From a virus (lineage: Duplodnaviria > Caudoviricetes), in IMG/VR virus record IMGVR_UViG_3300042991_000497, positions 1 to 58,854 of that record: DNA of 58,854 nt; one strand, given 5' to 3'. This document shows, in pieces, positions 17,831 to 26,839 of this stretch (its first letter is position 1; the number at the start of each line of letters is the position of its first letter). The notes beneath the pieces are model-generated. The model was not told where the DNA came from. It made no database searches and saw nothing but the letters and a program-made list of their open reading frames with translations. The position numbers were made by a program, and so were the translations under genes.

Positions 17831-18063
17831 GGTCCTACCGCATTGAGGGCGTCTAGCGTGCCCTGGGCCGCTAGGCGTGCGCTCTCGATCTTGGCGACGA
17901 AGGCCGCATTCTGCGCGGCCAGTAGTTGGATCTGCGCCAACGCCGCGTCAAGCGGTGCTTGTAGGGGGTTCGGGTCTGGTGTCGGTTCGATCTCACTCAA
18001 CAATTGCTGCTGGGTGGCGCTATTGGCGCGCAGAGTGTCGAGAATTTCTTGTGTCAACTGCAT
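17827..18063 (-). CDS. Hypothetical coiled-coil protein
   Basis: SD aggag, ATG start, helical Q/A/L pattern. Confidence 0.6.
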   Translation of the reverse strand: MQLTQEILDTLRANSATQQQLLSEIEPTPDPNPLQAPLDAALAQIQLLAAQNAAFVAKIESARLAAQGTLDALNAVGP

Positions 18064-18090
18064 TTCAAACTCCTGGTGGGTGGGTGGGTG

Positions 18091-18336
18091 TTACCGAGTA
18101 TCCTCGGCATCAACGGTCATGAAATCGGAAGCCCGTTTAAGCTGGCGCTTCAGAAAACCGAATCTCTCCAACAAGGGGCGGACGGCGCGCCTCCAAAGGA
18201 AATGCCCGATCAGAAGCAACGTGTAGACCGCGGCTCCTGCACTAGCTGCCTCGGCCCATGAGCTGATGCCAACGGCGGCCCAAGCAGTCCCCAAGCCAAT
18301 CGAACTCTCAACGGTGTCACGTTGTTGCGGCGTCAT
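18091..18336 (-). CDS. Putative holin
   Basis: 81 aa, two hydrophobic segments, basic C-terminus, in the lysis region. Confidence 0.55.
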   Translation of the reverse strand: MTPQQRDTVESSIGLGTAWAAVGISSWAEAASAGAAVYTLLLIGHFLWRRAVRPLLERFGFLKRQLKRASDFMTVDAEDTR

Positions 18337-21300
18337 CCTTCAGGCTCCTGTTGTCGTTTTCTCTCGCGCATGCGTTGGGCCAAGCTCGACGCAATCGCCG
18401 CCTGGCTCTCGGCCGTTTTCAATGTTGTGGGGGAACGGTCCACGCCCTTGTTGACCGCCACGTCAAGGAGGTCGTTCAGCGCTTTGAGAACGGCCGCGTC
18501 CGAACGCAAACCGACGGTACTCTTCACGTGCTCGATCATCTCTTTCAGCCAGCGCACCGCCTCTGCGCGCCAGGAATTGCGCCCGGTGAAGCGCTCATTG
18601 AGGATGCGCGAGGCGTTCACCGCCCAGAACTCGGAGGGGTTCGTCAAATGGTAGTGCTTGTCGCGATCCAGAACCCCGTCTTTGAACGCCTTCTTCATCG
18701 CCTCAAACGCTTCCTTTCCGCCACCTGCGATGCCGTCCTCAATGCTCTTCAACGCCGCGCGCACCTCGGGGGTAGCGGACTTCATCTCCGCTTCGAGCGC
18801 CCGCCGCCATTCGCGGCGGATGCCCCGTTGCACTTCGGGCGGCATCATCCTCTCACTGTGGTGGAGGATCTCGTGCGCCGCCCGGTCAGGGGTGCTTTCG
18901 CGGTTCTTGAAAATCTCGACGACACGTTCTGAGGTCTTATAGACCGCACGGGCAATGTCGCCCCCCGTGTTGCCGCTCACGGAGGTGCGCAACCCCCGCG
19001 CCAGGTTGGGGTTCTTGTCGAGGGCCCACAACGCGAGTGAGCCTTCGTCTTTGCTGAGCGAACCGTCCGCGATGCCTTTTTCGAGTGCCTTGCGCGTTTG
19101 CCGGCGGCCCCGCTCGACCTCGACGGGGGCGGGCGCCGGCTCAGCGCGGCGCTGGGCGCGCTGCTGGTGCTCGAAGAACGCTTCTTCGCTCCTCGGCGAA
19201 CCCAGATCGGCTAGGGTTTCGCCTTCCCCACCGGCGGCTTTGCCTTTCGCTTCACGCTGTACGCTATCGCCAGCGCCTGCTTCTGCGGCTTGCCCGCCTT
19301 CATCTCCTTCGCCACGTTTTTGCTGAAGGCCTTCTTGCTTGCTGACTTCACCAGGGGCATTTTCCAACTCCTTCGTTTTTCCGACTGGTATCTTTTTCGG
19401 CGCGGCCGGCTTGATCTCGGGTTGCCCTTCGGCCGTCTCGCCCACCGGAATAGCTTCGGCTTTCTCGATGGCCTTGGCCTTCTCGAAGAGGGCGGCCTTG
19501 ATCTCGGGGTCAGCGGTAAGTGCGGCCACCCGGCGCAGCTCGGCCGCGTCGTCTCGGCGTTGCTGGGCGTCGGCCTCTTCTTTCAGCTCCTTCTTGATCC
19601 TCACAGCGCGCTCTTCCAGGGCCTTCTTGGCGACGGGCGAATCTGTGGCCACCATGAGGCGCTCGACTTCGGTCAACCTGGGGCTGGTCTTCGGGGCTTC
19701 AGCTGGCTGGATCACTTCCGGCTTGATTTCGGTGGCTTCCCCCTTGGGCACTGGCGCGGCGCGCTCAGCGGCGGCTGCTTCGCCCGCACGCGCCGCGCGC
19801 TGCGACTGCATGGCTACCTGGGCGCCGGGCGCCAACGTAGCGGCGCCCATGGCCGGAGTGCCGGCAATCTCAGCCGGGGCGCCCGCAACCATCGTGTCCG
19901 GTAGATCAGGGCGGCCGGGCACGGCTGGGATATCGCTGCCTGGGTTGCGTCGCACCTGCGGGCCCGCCCGGGTCGGGTTGGGCTCGTCGACAGCGCGCAC
20001 CAGGCCCTCAGTCGGCACCACCTCCAGGGCCCCCGCTGGCGGTGCGGCGCCGGGTGTGGTCTCCCGCTCAGGCGTCAGATCACCCAAGGGGCCAGGCTGT
20101 GCCGGCCGCTCTGGAGCAATCGGGGCGCCAGCTTCGGCAAGCGTGAGTTCCGGGCGGGGTTGGGCTGCTTCTTCGGAAGCGCCAGCGCGTTTGTTCGCGC
20201 GGTCAACCATCCATTTCGCAACGCGCGGGCCCATCAGGTTGTAAGCCGCAGCGAACGGGTACAGCGAGACAGCTTTGGCGGCTGTGGCCGCATCTGTAGC
20301 CATCTTGTAGACAAGGTTGCGCTCGGCAGTGCCTGACGACGCCTGTTCTTTCAGGAACTCCTGGCCGATTTTCGCGTAGTCACCCATGTCGCCGCCACGT
20401 CCGCGCGCCATGCGGCGCTTGCCTGCACCTGTGGCAGTGGCGCGGCCCATCAATGCGGCCGGACTAATGTCGCCGGTGGTTGTTTTGGCCACCAGCGGTT
20501 CAAGTGCGATACCGATTGCGTAGCGTTTGCGGGCTTCCGCCAGTACCAGCATATCGCCTTCTGGTGCGTGCTCGGATAGGGCATCGTCGAGTTTCTTGAT
20601 GTACGACGCCAATGTGCGGCGCAGGTCGCCGTTGGCGGTGGTGCGCATCTGGCTGTTGGCTTCGGAGCGCAGCTTGCGCAGCTCTACCCCCGGGACCGCG
20701 CCGCCGTTCTCGTCGGCGATCTTGACCAGGTCGTCGGCGTACGTTTGAATCACGTTCTTCACGTCCGGTGTCTCGCGACGCGCTACGTCGGTCAGATTCC
20801 CGAACGCCTCGCGCGGCACATCAGTGCGTTCCGAGATCGCGCCGATCTCTTCGCCCGCCTTGGCCATGGCCCTGTCGTAGACTTCAGGAGTCAGCTTCTC
20901 GGCCTTACCCTCCGGGTCGATCATCCGGGCGACCGCAGCGTTGAACGCCTTCGTGCGCTGCTCTTTTCTGCCGCCTGAGAACGGCACTTGTTCAGCGGCT
21001 TCGCCGGCCATCTTCGCGAGTTTGCTGCTCGTGAGCATGTCGGGGCGCAGAGGAATACCCTCGTCGATGGCCTTGGTCGCCAACCCCAACTTGCCGGGGG
21101 CTATCGTCGGTGTAACAGCAGCTGCAGCATTGTCCGTGGCCGCGCGACGTACGTCGCCGACTGCCCGCGCGGCGTGGCCAGCACCACCGAGGACTGCACG
21201 TGGGTTGATAGCCACTGCACCCGTGGGCCCCAGCGCGCTCATTGCGTTGTTGATCTCGCGCATCACCGGCCCCGCGGCGATATCTCTGCCTTCTTCGGTG

Positions 21301-21731
21301 CGCGGGGCGTATGTGAACTCGGCTTGACCCCGCTCAAAAGCAGGCTCCACATCTGCCGCAAACTCACCGGCTAATTGGTCCTGACCAAATGTCTTGGCCA
21401 GTCCCGCCTTCATGAACTGACTTCCGCCCCCCAGCATACCTGCCACATAGCCCACCGGGCTGGTGATGGAGCTGATCGCCACTTCTGCGACGCCTAGCGC
21501 CTTGCGGATGGCCCCCATGACGCCGCCCTCACTCTCCTGGACCTCTTGCTCCTTGGCGGCCTGCTGCTCGGCCCACGCACGGTGCTCCGCTGGGCCGATG
21601 GCGGTTTTGGTAGGTACGCGCATGAGTTCCGCCACGCGGCCTGTTGGGGGCGGCCCGACAGGCGCGGTGGAAACAACGTCCCACTCAGAGACGGGTGCTT
21701 CGCTGACCACATCCCATTCGTTTGCCATCAC
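18333..21731 (-). CDS. Large internal virion / DNA ejection protein
   Basis: 1132 aa, helical and Ala/Glu-rich; last of the ejection cluster; C-terminal HEILH zincin-like motif with SEFWA. Confidence 0.65.
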   Translation of the reverse strand: MMANEWDVVSEAPVSEWDVVSTAPVGPPPTGRVAELMRVPTKTAIGPAEHRAWAEQQAAKEQEVQESEGGVMGAIRKALGVAEVAISSITSPVGYVAGMLGGGSQFMKAGLAKTFGQDQLAGEFAADVEPAFERGQAEFTYAPRTEEGRDIAAGPVMREINNAMSALGPTGAVAINPRAVLGGAGHAARAVGDVRRAATDNAAAAVTPTIAPGKLGLATKAIDEGIPLRPDMLTSSKLAKMAGEAAEQVPFSGGRKEQRTKAFNAAVARMIDPEGKAEKLTPEVYDRAMAKAGEEIGAISERTDVPREAFGNLTDVARRETPDVKNVIQTYADDLVKIADENGGAVPGVELRKLRSEANSQMRTTANGDLRRTLASYIKKLDDALSEHAPEGDMLVLAEARKRYAIGIALEPLVAKTTTGDISPAALMGRATATGAGKRRMARGRGGDMGDYAKIGQEFLKEQASSGTAERNLVYKMATDAATAAKAVSLYPFAAAYNLMGPRVAKWMVDRANKRAGASEEAAQPRPELTLAEAGAPIAPERPAQPGPLGDLTPERETTPGAAPPAGALEVVPTEGLVRAVDEPNPTRAGPQVRRNPGSDIPAVPGRPDLPDTMVAGAPAEIAGTPAMGAATLAPGAQVAMQSQRAARAGEAAAAERAAPVPKGEATEIKPEVIQPAEAPKTSPRLTEVERLMVATDSPVAKKALEERAVRIKKELKEEADAQQRRDDAAELRRVAALTADPEIKAALFEKAKAIEKAEAIPVGETAEGQPEIKPAAPKKIPVGKTKELENAPGEVSKQEGLQQKRGEGDEGGQAAEAGAGDSVQREAKGKAAGGEGETLADLGSPRSEEAFFEHQQRAQRRAEPAPAPVEVERGRRQTRKALEKGIADGSLSKDEGSLALWALDKNPNLARGLRTSVSGNTGGDIARAVYKTSERVVEIFKNRESTPDRAAHEILHHSERMMPPEVQRGIRREWRRALEAEMKSATPEVRAALKSIEDGIAGGGKEAFEAMKKAFKDGVLDRDKHYHLTNPSEFWAVNASRILNERFTGRNSWRAEAVRWLKEMIEHVKSTVGLRSDAAVLKALNDLLDVAVNKGVDRSPTTLKTAESQAAIASSLAQRMRERKRQQEPEG

Positions 21732-23761
21732 TTCACCTCGACGGGTTGGCCGTTCTGCAACGTCCAGCGCGTGCCGTTGCGGAAGGTGGTCACTTGCCCC
21801 TCCTTCAGCGCGCCAGCGGGCGGCGTTCTACCCGGTGCCTGCACCTGGCCCGGCGCCGACGTGAGAGGAGTACCTGGCGCGCGCGCGCCGCCAAGCCCGC
21901 GTAGCTGGGTTGCGATGCGGTCCTCTGCCTCGCGCGCGGCGGTGCGGGCGTTACCCATCTCTGTACGCATCAGTGCCATGACCGCGCGGGCTTGTTTCGG
22001 TGTCATGTCGCCGTTAATGAGCTTCTTGGCGTCTTCCAGCGCACCAGCGTGCAGTTGCGCCACTGACAGCGCACCACCACCGATCAGGCGCTCGTACTCG
22101 ACGCCGACCTGTTTGGCCGCCAAGTCGAGACGCTGAATGGCGCCATCTGACGTGAACTCTCGGCGCAGGTAGTTGATCGGTTTGTTGAGAGCCAGCGGGC
22201 CGCTTCCGGCGGACTTCAACTCCGCATCAAGCGTGCCCATGTCTTTCTCAACCTTGCTGGCGAACAGCTCCACGGCGGCGCTACGCTTGGTCAACTCCTT
22301 CAGGGTGGCCCCCAAGGCGGCTTGTTGCGCGCGGGTGGTGCCCATGTCCTGTGGCGTGAGCCCCATTTCGGTGGCCAACGCGGGGACACGACGTTTCACT
22401 TTTTCGATCAGCTCCGCGCCCGACTTGCTGCGCCCAAGGCCGATCTGCCATTCACGGTCCCCTGCGATGACGGCGCGCGCCCAAAAGTCCACCGCGGCGT
22501 TTCCGGCGCCGTCAGGTGCGACAGCACCACCCAGGGCTCCCGACACGCCCGTACTCCCGCCTGCGGCCTTTCCCGCCACCTTCTGAGGGATGAGCCCTGT
22601 GGTCTTGCCCCCGGCGCCTAGCGTAACGTCGCGCTTGAGCCTCGTTTTCTCGTCTTCCGATACGTTCAGCTTGTCGATCTCGGCAGTCTTCTGACCCAAC
22701 GCGCCCAGACCCGCAAGGACGCCCATGCTCTGAAGTTGTTTCGCAGCGTCTTCGAGCGAGAGGTTGTTCTTCTTGGCGTGACGTTCGATCAGCTCAAGCC
22801 TCTCAGCTGGCGCACCCTTGGCCTTCGGGCGGCCGATCACGGTCAGGCTGTCGAGATGCGCCTTCAACTTTGGCCCGACTTCCTTCTCGCCGGCATCGAG
22901 CTTGGCCGCCACGTCGGGGCGTTGGATGGCCGCGGCCAGGGTGCCTAGATTGCCCATCCAATCCATCGAGTTCTCCACGTCGATGATCGCCACGTGGGCG
23001 CCGCCTTCGGCTGAGCCGTCCTCGGTCATCGGGGCATCGTAATAGATGTCCCTGCCGCCAGCGGCGGGGTGTGCCACATACACACGCAAGCGAAGCATGA
23101 ACTTGCCGGGCAGCGGAGCCCTCTCGTTGTCAACGGCAGGGTCCATGCCGATGATCTCTTTGCGGGTGATGATCCCTCCGTACGGACTCTCGGTGCCAAC
23201 GCCACGGCGCAACTCCGGTGCAAAAAGGCCGTTGGCTCCTTGTACGAGCAAGCCTATGTTGTTCGTTTGGAGCCCCGCTTGCACGTCGGCGATGTACTTG
23301 GGCACTTTACGCAGTTCTTTGAGGGGGCGCCCAGTGGCCGCAATCGTGTTGGTGTACAGCTCGGCGGGCGACGACTGGAGTGGGTCAAGTTGGCCTGTTG
23401 CGGCGCGTGAGAAGTAGTCGAGCGCGCGCTGGCGCAAACCAGTGAGCTGCTCGCCAAGTTCGCCGTACTCTTCGGAGAGCACAGGATCGACGGATTCACC
23501 TGCGGTCTGGGCGGCCGTGCTGAGCGCCTCCAGCTCGCCGCGGCGGCCGACGATCATCTTCTGCTGGCGCTCCAGCAAGTCGATGTTCTCCATGACCCCC
23601 TTGCGGCGCTCGGCGCGGTCTTCCCGCGCACCGCGCGCGCTGGCTTCTTCGATGGCGCGTGTCTCCGCGCGCTTGCGCATCGCGGCTTCATCGGCCCGAA
23701 GGCCCCTGCCGAACCCGGATTCGAGACCTTGCGCGATGGCGCTTCCGACGTCGGTGGCCAT
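21728..23761 (-). CDS. Internal virion / ejection protein
   Basis: Starts MATDVG at a TAATG overlap; helical; podovirus gene order. Confidence 0.6.
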   Translation of the reverse strand: MATDVGSAIAQGLESGFGRGLRADEAAMRKRAETRAIEEASARGAREDRAERRKGVMENIDLLERQQKMIVGRRGELEALSTAAQTAGESVDPVLSEEYGELGEQLTGLRQRALDYFSRAATGQLDPLQSSPAELYTNTIAATGRPLKELRKVPKYIADVQAGLQTNNIGLLVQGANGLFAPELRRGVGTESPYGGIITRKEIIGMDPAVDNERAPLPGKFMLRLRVYVAHPAAGGRDIYYDAPMTEDGSAEGGAHVAIIDVENSMDWMGNLGTLAAAIQRPDVAAKLDAGEKEVGPKLKAHLDSLTVIGRPKAKGAPAERLELIERHAKKNNLSLEDAAKQLQSMGVLAGLGALGQKTAEIDKLNVSEDEKTRLKRDVTLGAGGKTTGLIPQKVAGKAAGGSTGVSGALGGAVAPDGAGNAAVDFWARAVIAGDREWQIGLGRSKSGAELIEKVKRRVPALATEMGLTPQDMGTTRAQQAALGATLKELTKRSAAVELFASKVEKDMGTLDAELKSAGSGPLALNKPINYLRREFTSDGAIQRLDLAAKQVGVEYERLIGGGALSVAQLHAGALEDAKKLINGDMTPKQARAVMALMRTEMGNARTAAREAEDRIATQLRGLGGARAPGTPLTSAPGQVQAPGRTPPAGALKEGQVTTFRNGTRWTLQNGQPVEVK

Positions 23762-24042
23762 TAAAAAAGGCCCCCTGCTACCGCACCTACCGCGGCGCCG
23801 ACCAACGCGCCCCAAGGCCCGCCCGCTGACCCGTAGCTGGCCCCGATGGCCATGCCGGCTGTTGCGCCAACCGTGGCCCCAAGCTGCTTGTTGCCTGCCT
23901 TGCGCTGTTGTTCAAGCTGCTTGTTCATCTGCTCGCGCTTCTCGTCTTGCTCAGCCACGCGACTGAGTGCCTCGAACGCCTCGTTCTTTTGCGACATGCC
24001 AAGAGAAGCCAAGGAAGCACCTACACCGTATCCGCGCGCCAT
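23761..24042 (-). CDS. Small ejection protein with glycine-zipper tail
   Basis: GATVGATAGMAIGA..GPWGALVGAAVGAVAGGLF. Confidence 0.65.
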   Translation of the reverse strand: MARGYGVGASLASLGMSQKNEAFEALSRVAEQDEKREQMNKQLEQQRKAGNKQLGATVGATAGMAIGASYGSAGGPWGALVGAAVGAVAGGLF

Positions 24043-24043
24043 G

Positions 24044-24481
24044 TCAGCCTCCCACCATCGCTTGCCCAGCGCGCACAACATCGGGCGCTGGGTTGCCAAG
24101 AATTTGTTGCTGCCGCGAGATCGTCGCATCGCGCGCCAGATTCTGGCCCTGCACGTCCGCGACGCTCCTCGACAGCGATGTAGCCCGACCGCTGGCCGCG
24201 CTTTCGTCCCCGCTCAGCGTGAGCCCAAGCCCCTGCAGCCGACGGCCGAGCATGCCTTCGCGCGCATCGTAGGCGGCGTTGACGTTCGCGCTGGCGCCGG
24301 CCATGGCGTTGCTGACCGTGTTCGGGTTGGTCGCGTAGTCGATGAGCTGGTTTTCGATTGGGACGAATGTCTTCACGTAGTCGGCCCACCGCTCCCGCGT
24401 GAGCGCTGCGAACGTGTCGCTGGCGTACGTTTTGGAGCTGCGATCAAACCCAACACTTTTCGCGATAGCGGCGCCCATCAC
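24044..24481 (-). CDS. Internal virion protein
   Basis: TRERWADYVKTFVPIENQL resembles the upstream gene; operon position. Confidence 0.6.
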   Translation of the reverse strand: MMGAAIAKSVGFDRSSKTYASDTFAALTRERWADYVKTFVPIENQLIDYATNPNTVSNAMAGASANVNAAYDAREGMLGRRLQGLGLTLSGDESAASGRATSLSRSVADVQGQNLARDATISRQQQILGNPAPDVVRAGQAMVGG

Positions 24482-25155
24482 GGACCTCCGATCTTCGGCA
24501 GGATGTAGCCGCCGGACATGCCGGGATCACCCGTACTGCCGCCGACGTTGGTGGCGGTGAGGTAGCCGCCCGGAGGCCCACCGCTACTCGTGCCGAACCG
24601 ACCCATGCCTTGCTGCAGCCCGAGCCCCGCGACTTCCCCGACCATCTGCGCGTTGCCGGCTCGGTTCTGCAGCGCCATTTCGGCGTCGGCAGCGGCTTGT
24701 TGCGCACTCGTCTCGGCTTGCCGGGCGAGCGAGTTGCCAACTGCCTGGCGTTCCCCCCGGCCGGTTGCCGCGAGCGCGCCCAGCGCCTCGGTGTACGCGT
24801 CGTCGACCTGCTGACTGGCCATGGTGGCACCCAGGCCGGATGATTTGGCCTTGTCATCCGCCAGGCCAGTGATGGCCAGCTTCGAGCGCGAAGACCCCAG
24901 GTTGACGTTGTTCGCCATCGCTTTTTCGAGCGCGCCCTGGGCTTGGTCGAATTTGATCGCTGTGTCTGTTGACGCTCGCCCTAGAGCACGGCCTCGCACC
25001 GACGAGTCACTCTTGCCCATCTCCTGGATCTGCGCGGCGAGGTTCTCATGAACCGGCAGCCAACGCTGCTTGTAGTCGGCCCACTGGGCGGCGGCGTAGT
25101 CGGCCAACGCCCGCTGCTGCGAGGTCTCCTTGACTTCATTCTTTTTGCCGCTCAT
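24478..25155 (-). CDS. Internal virion protein
   Basis: MSGKKNEVKET..QWADYKQRWLP.E; Ala/Gln-rich. Confidence 0.6.
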   Translation of the reverse strand: MSGKKNEVKETSQQRALADYAAAQWADYKQRWLPVHENLAAQIQEMGKSDSSVRGRALGRASTDTAIKFDQAQGALEKAMANNVNLGSSRSKLAITGLADDKAKSSGLGATMASQQVDDAYTEALGALAATGRGERQAVGNSLARQAETSAQQAAADAEMALQNRAGNAQMVGEVAGLGLQQGMGRFGTSSGGPPGGYLTATNVGGSTGDPGMSGGYILPKIGGP

Positions 25156-25541
25156 TGGACCTGCCTCACGAACTCGTCGGTGCCGCGGAGGGACCACTCT
25201 GGCCCCAACCGTCTCGCCCATCCTCTACGCCTTGACTTAAAAGCGAGGGTGTTGGCACCAAGTTCGCTTGCTATGGCTAGCAATGCACTGAGTTGTCGCG
25301 CGAATGCGCCGTGTCTAGAAGCCACGGCCAACCGCACAAACAACTCCAAGGTCGTGTCCAGCGCGCTCAGCTCAATGGCAACGATGCCATCTTCGCAACT
25401 GAGGCACATGACCTTGCCTAGTTCGCATTCTGCCCGAATCTCCGCAATCTCGAAAGCGCCGGCGATGGCCTCCGGGAGATGCGCGCAGCTGTCAACCAAC
25501 GCGCTCGGGCTGGCGATCATGAAACCGGTACCGGAGATCAC
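25152..25541 (-). CDS. GNAT-like protein preceding the ejection genes
   Basis: Length and position typical; F.S.R.GW.R motif. Confidence 0.45.
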   Translation of the reverse strand: MISGTGFMIASPSALVDSCAHLPEAIAGAFEIAEIRAECELGKVMCLSCEDGIVAIELSALDTTLELFVRLAVASRHGAFARQLSALLAIASELGANTLAFKSRRRGWARRLGPEWSLRGTDEFVRQVQ

Positions 25542-26344
25542 GAGATCGTCGGGTTGCCGAACACCCCGTCCCCGTCGTACACGTTGAGCCCACTGCCGCT
25601 TGGCGTCACGATCTCGCGCGTAATCAGCTGGTCGCCGACTTTCACCACGATCCCGTCAGGTTGACCGAAGATCGACTCGACGAAGGCAAGCGTGTTCTCT
25701 ACCAACGACAGCGCCACCGGCATGTACTGTTCGTACCCTCCGGCGTACATCGGCAGTTCAAGTAGCGTCGGCCAGGCCCCTCTCACGTCCATCGTTTCAC
25801 TGGCTGTGGCCACCCCGACTGGTATGGCCACGGTGTCGTAGTTCGGAGTCTGTGTGAGCCCACTACCAGACTGGGCGTACACCGCGCGGCCCGCCTCGAA
25901 CCCCGCGCCGGTCACCGAGAGCTGCCCCGCCCGTCGGACGGTGATGTTGCCATTCAGCGAGGCGTTGGTGGTCGCGATGCCGACCACCGCGAAGATGGCT
26001 GTCGGGTCTTGCGTGTCGACAGGCGACACACCGCCGTCCGAAGTCGAGAACACCGGGTCGTTCACGCTAATGGCTGCGTCCGCCCGGTAGGTAGCCAAGG
26101 GGGCTAGCGAACCGGCCGCCAGGACGGCCACAGCCTCGGTCAGCTGTGCAACCTGCTGCTGGAGCAACGCCAGCGCGCCACCACTGCTGTTCGCGTTCAG
26201 CGCGTTCTGTCCCGCCTTTAGGCCGATCTGGTTCACCGCGCCGTTGAGCGTGATTAGCTGTTGCCGGATGGCGTTTAGCGCGTTGTTGATCTCACGAACA
26301 TCTGCCGATCGGATGTTCGGGACCGATGGCTGCCCCGTGGCCAT
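25538..26344 (-). CDS. Tail or capsid fibre-like protein
   Basis: N-terminal coiled coil, then a cement-like domain (ADAAISVNDPV..AVVGIAT..ITVRRAG); TGATG overlap. Confidence 0.55.
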   Translation of the reverse strand: MATGQPSVPNIRSADVREINNALNAIRQQLITLNGAVNQIGLKAGQNALNANSSGGALALLQQQVAQLTEAVAVLAAGSLAPLATYRADAAISVNDPVFSTSDGGVSPVDTQDPTAIFAVVGIATTNASLNGNITVRRAGQLSVTGAGFEAGRAVYAQSGSGLTQTPNYDTVAIPVGVATASETMDVRGAWPTLLELPMYAGGYEQYMPVALSLVENTLAFVESIFGQPDGIVVKVGDQLITREIVTPSGSGLNVYDGDGVFGNPTIS

Positions 26345-26835
26345 CAGTCGAACTCCTCGATGCCTTCTGCGATCTGCACGGCGTAGACGCGTGATGTTCC
26401 TACCAACTCGATCTCGGCGCGGTTGTAGCTGTCGAGCAAAGGTAGCGTGCCAGGTTCCTGGCTCGTGATTGCCTGCTCGAAAATCAAGTCGCCGTCCGCG
26501 TAGATCCGCATCACCAGGTTGTCGAAGTCTTCGGCTCGCACCTGAAAGAAGTTGAAGGATGCGGAGTACGGCAACAAGTTGAGTTTGCCCTTCCACTGGT
26601 ACGCCATGTGGCCGTCACCGTCTTCCGCGTTGAACGTGTAGATGGTCAAGCCGTCAACGACGGGCGCAGTGCTCGGAAGTGGCAGGTACACCACGGCCGG
26701 CTCGTCATCTTCGTCGAGCACCAAGTACAGGTTGTCCGTCAACGGGTTGGCATGCACCGCCGTGGCGTGGTAGGCGGCCGGAACCGCCCCGAAGCCGTCG
26801 GGTTTCATGTCGAGCATGTAGCCGGCTTTTGCCAT
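26344..26835 (-). CDS. C-terminal part of tail nozzle / stabilisation protein (separate ORF)
   Basis: D.LYL..YQWKGK..QV.A..IYADG..LP..EIEL.G..V..V.IA..EE pattern of nozzle C-termini. Confidence 0.6.
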   Translation of the reverse strand: MAKAGYMLDMKPDGFGAVPAAYHATAVHANPLTDNLYLVLDEDDEPAVVYLPLPSTAPVVDGLTIYTFNAEDGDGHMAYQWKGKLNLLPYSASFNFFQVRAEDFDNLVMRIYADGDLIFEQAITSQEPGTLPLLDSYNRAEIELVGTSRVYAVQIAEGIEEFD

Positions 26836-26839
26836 TGGA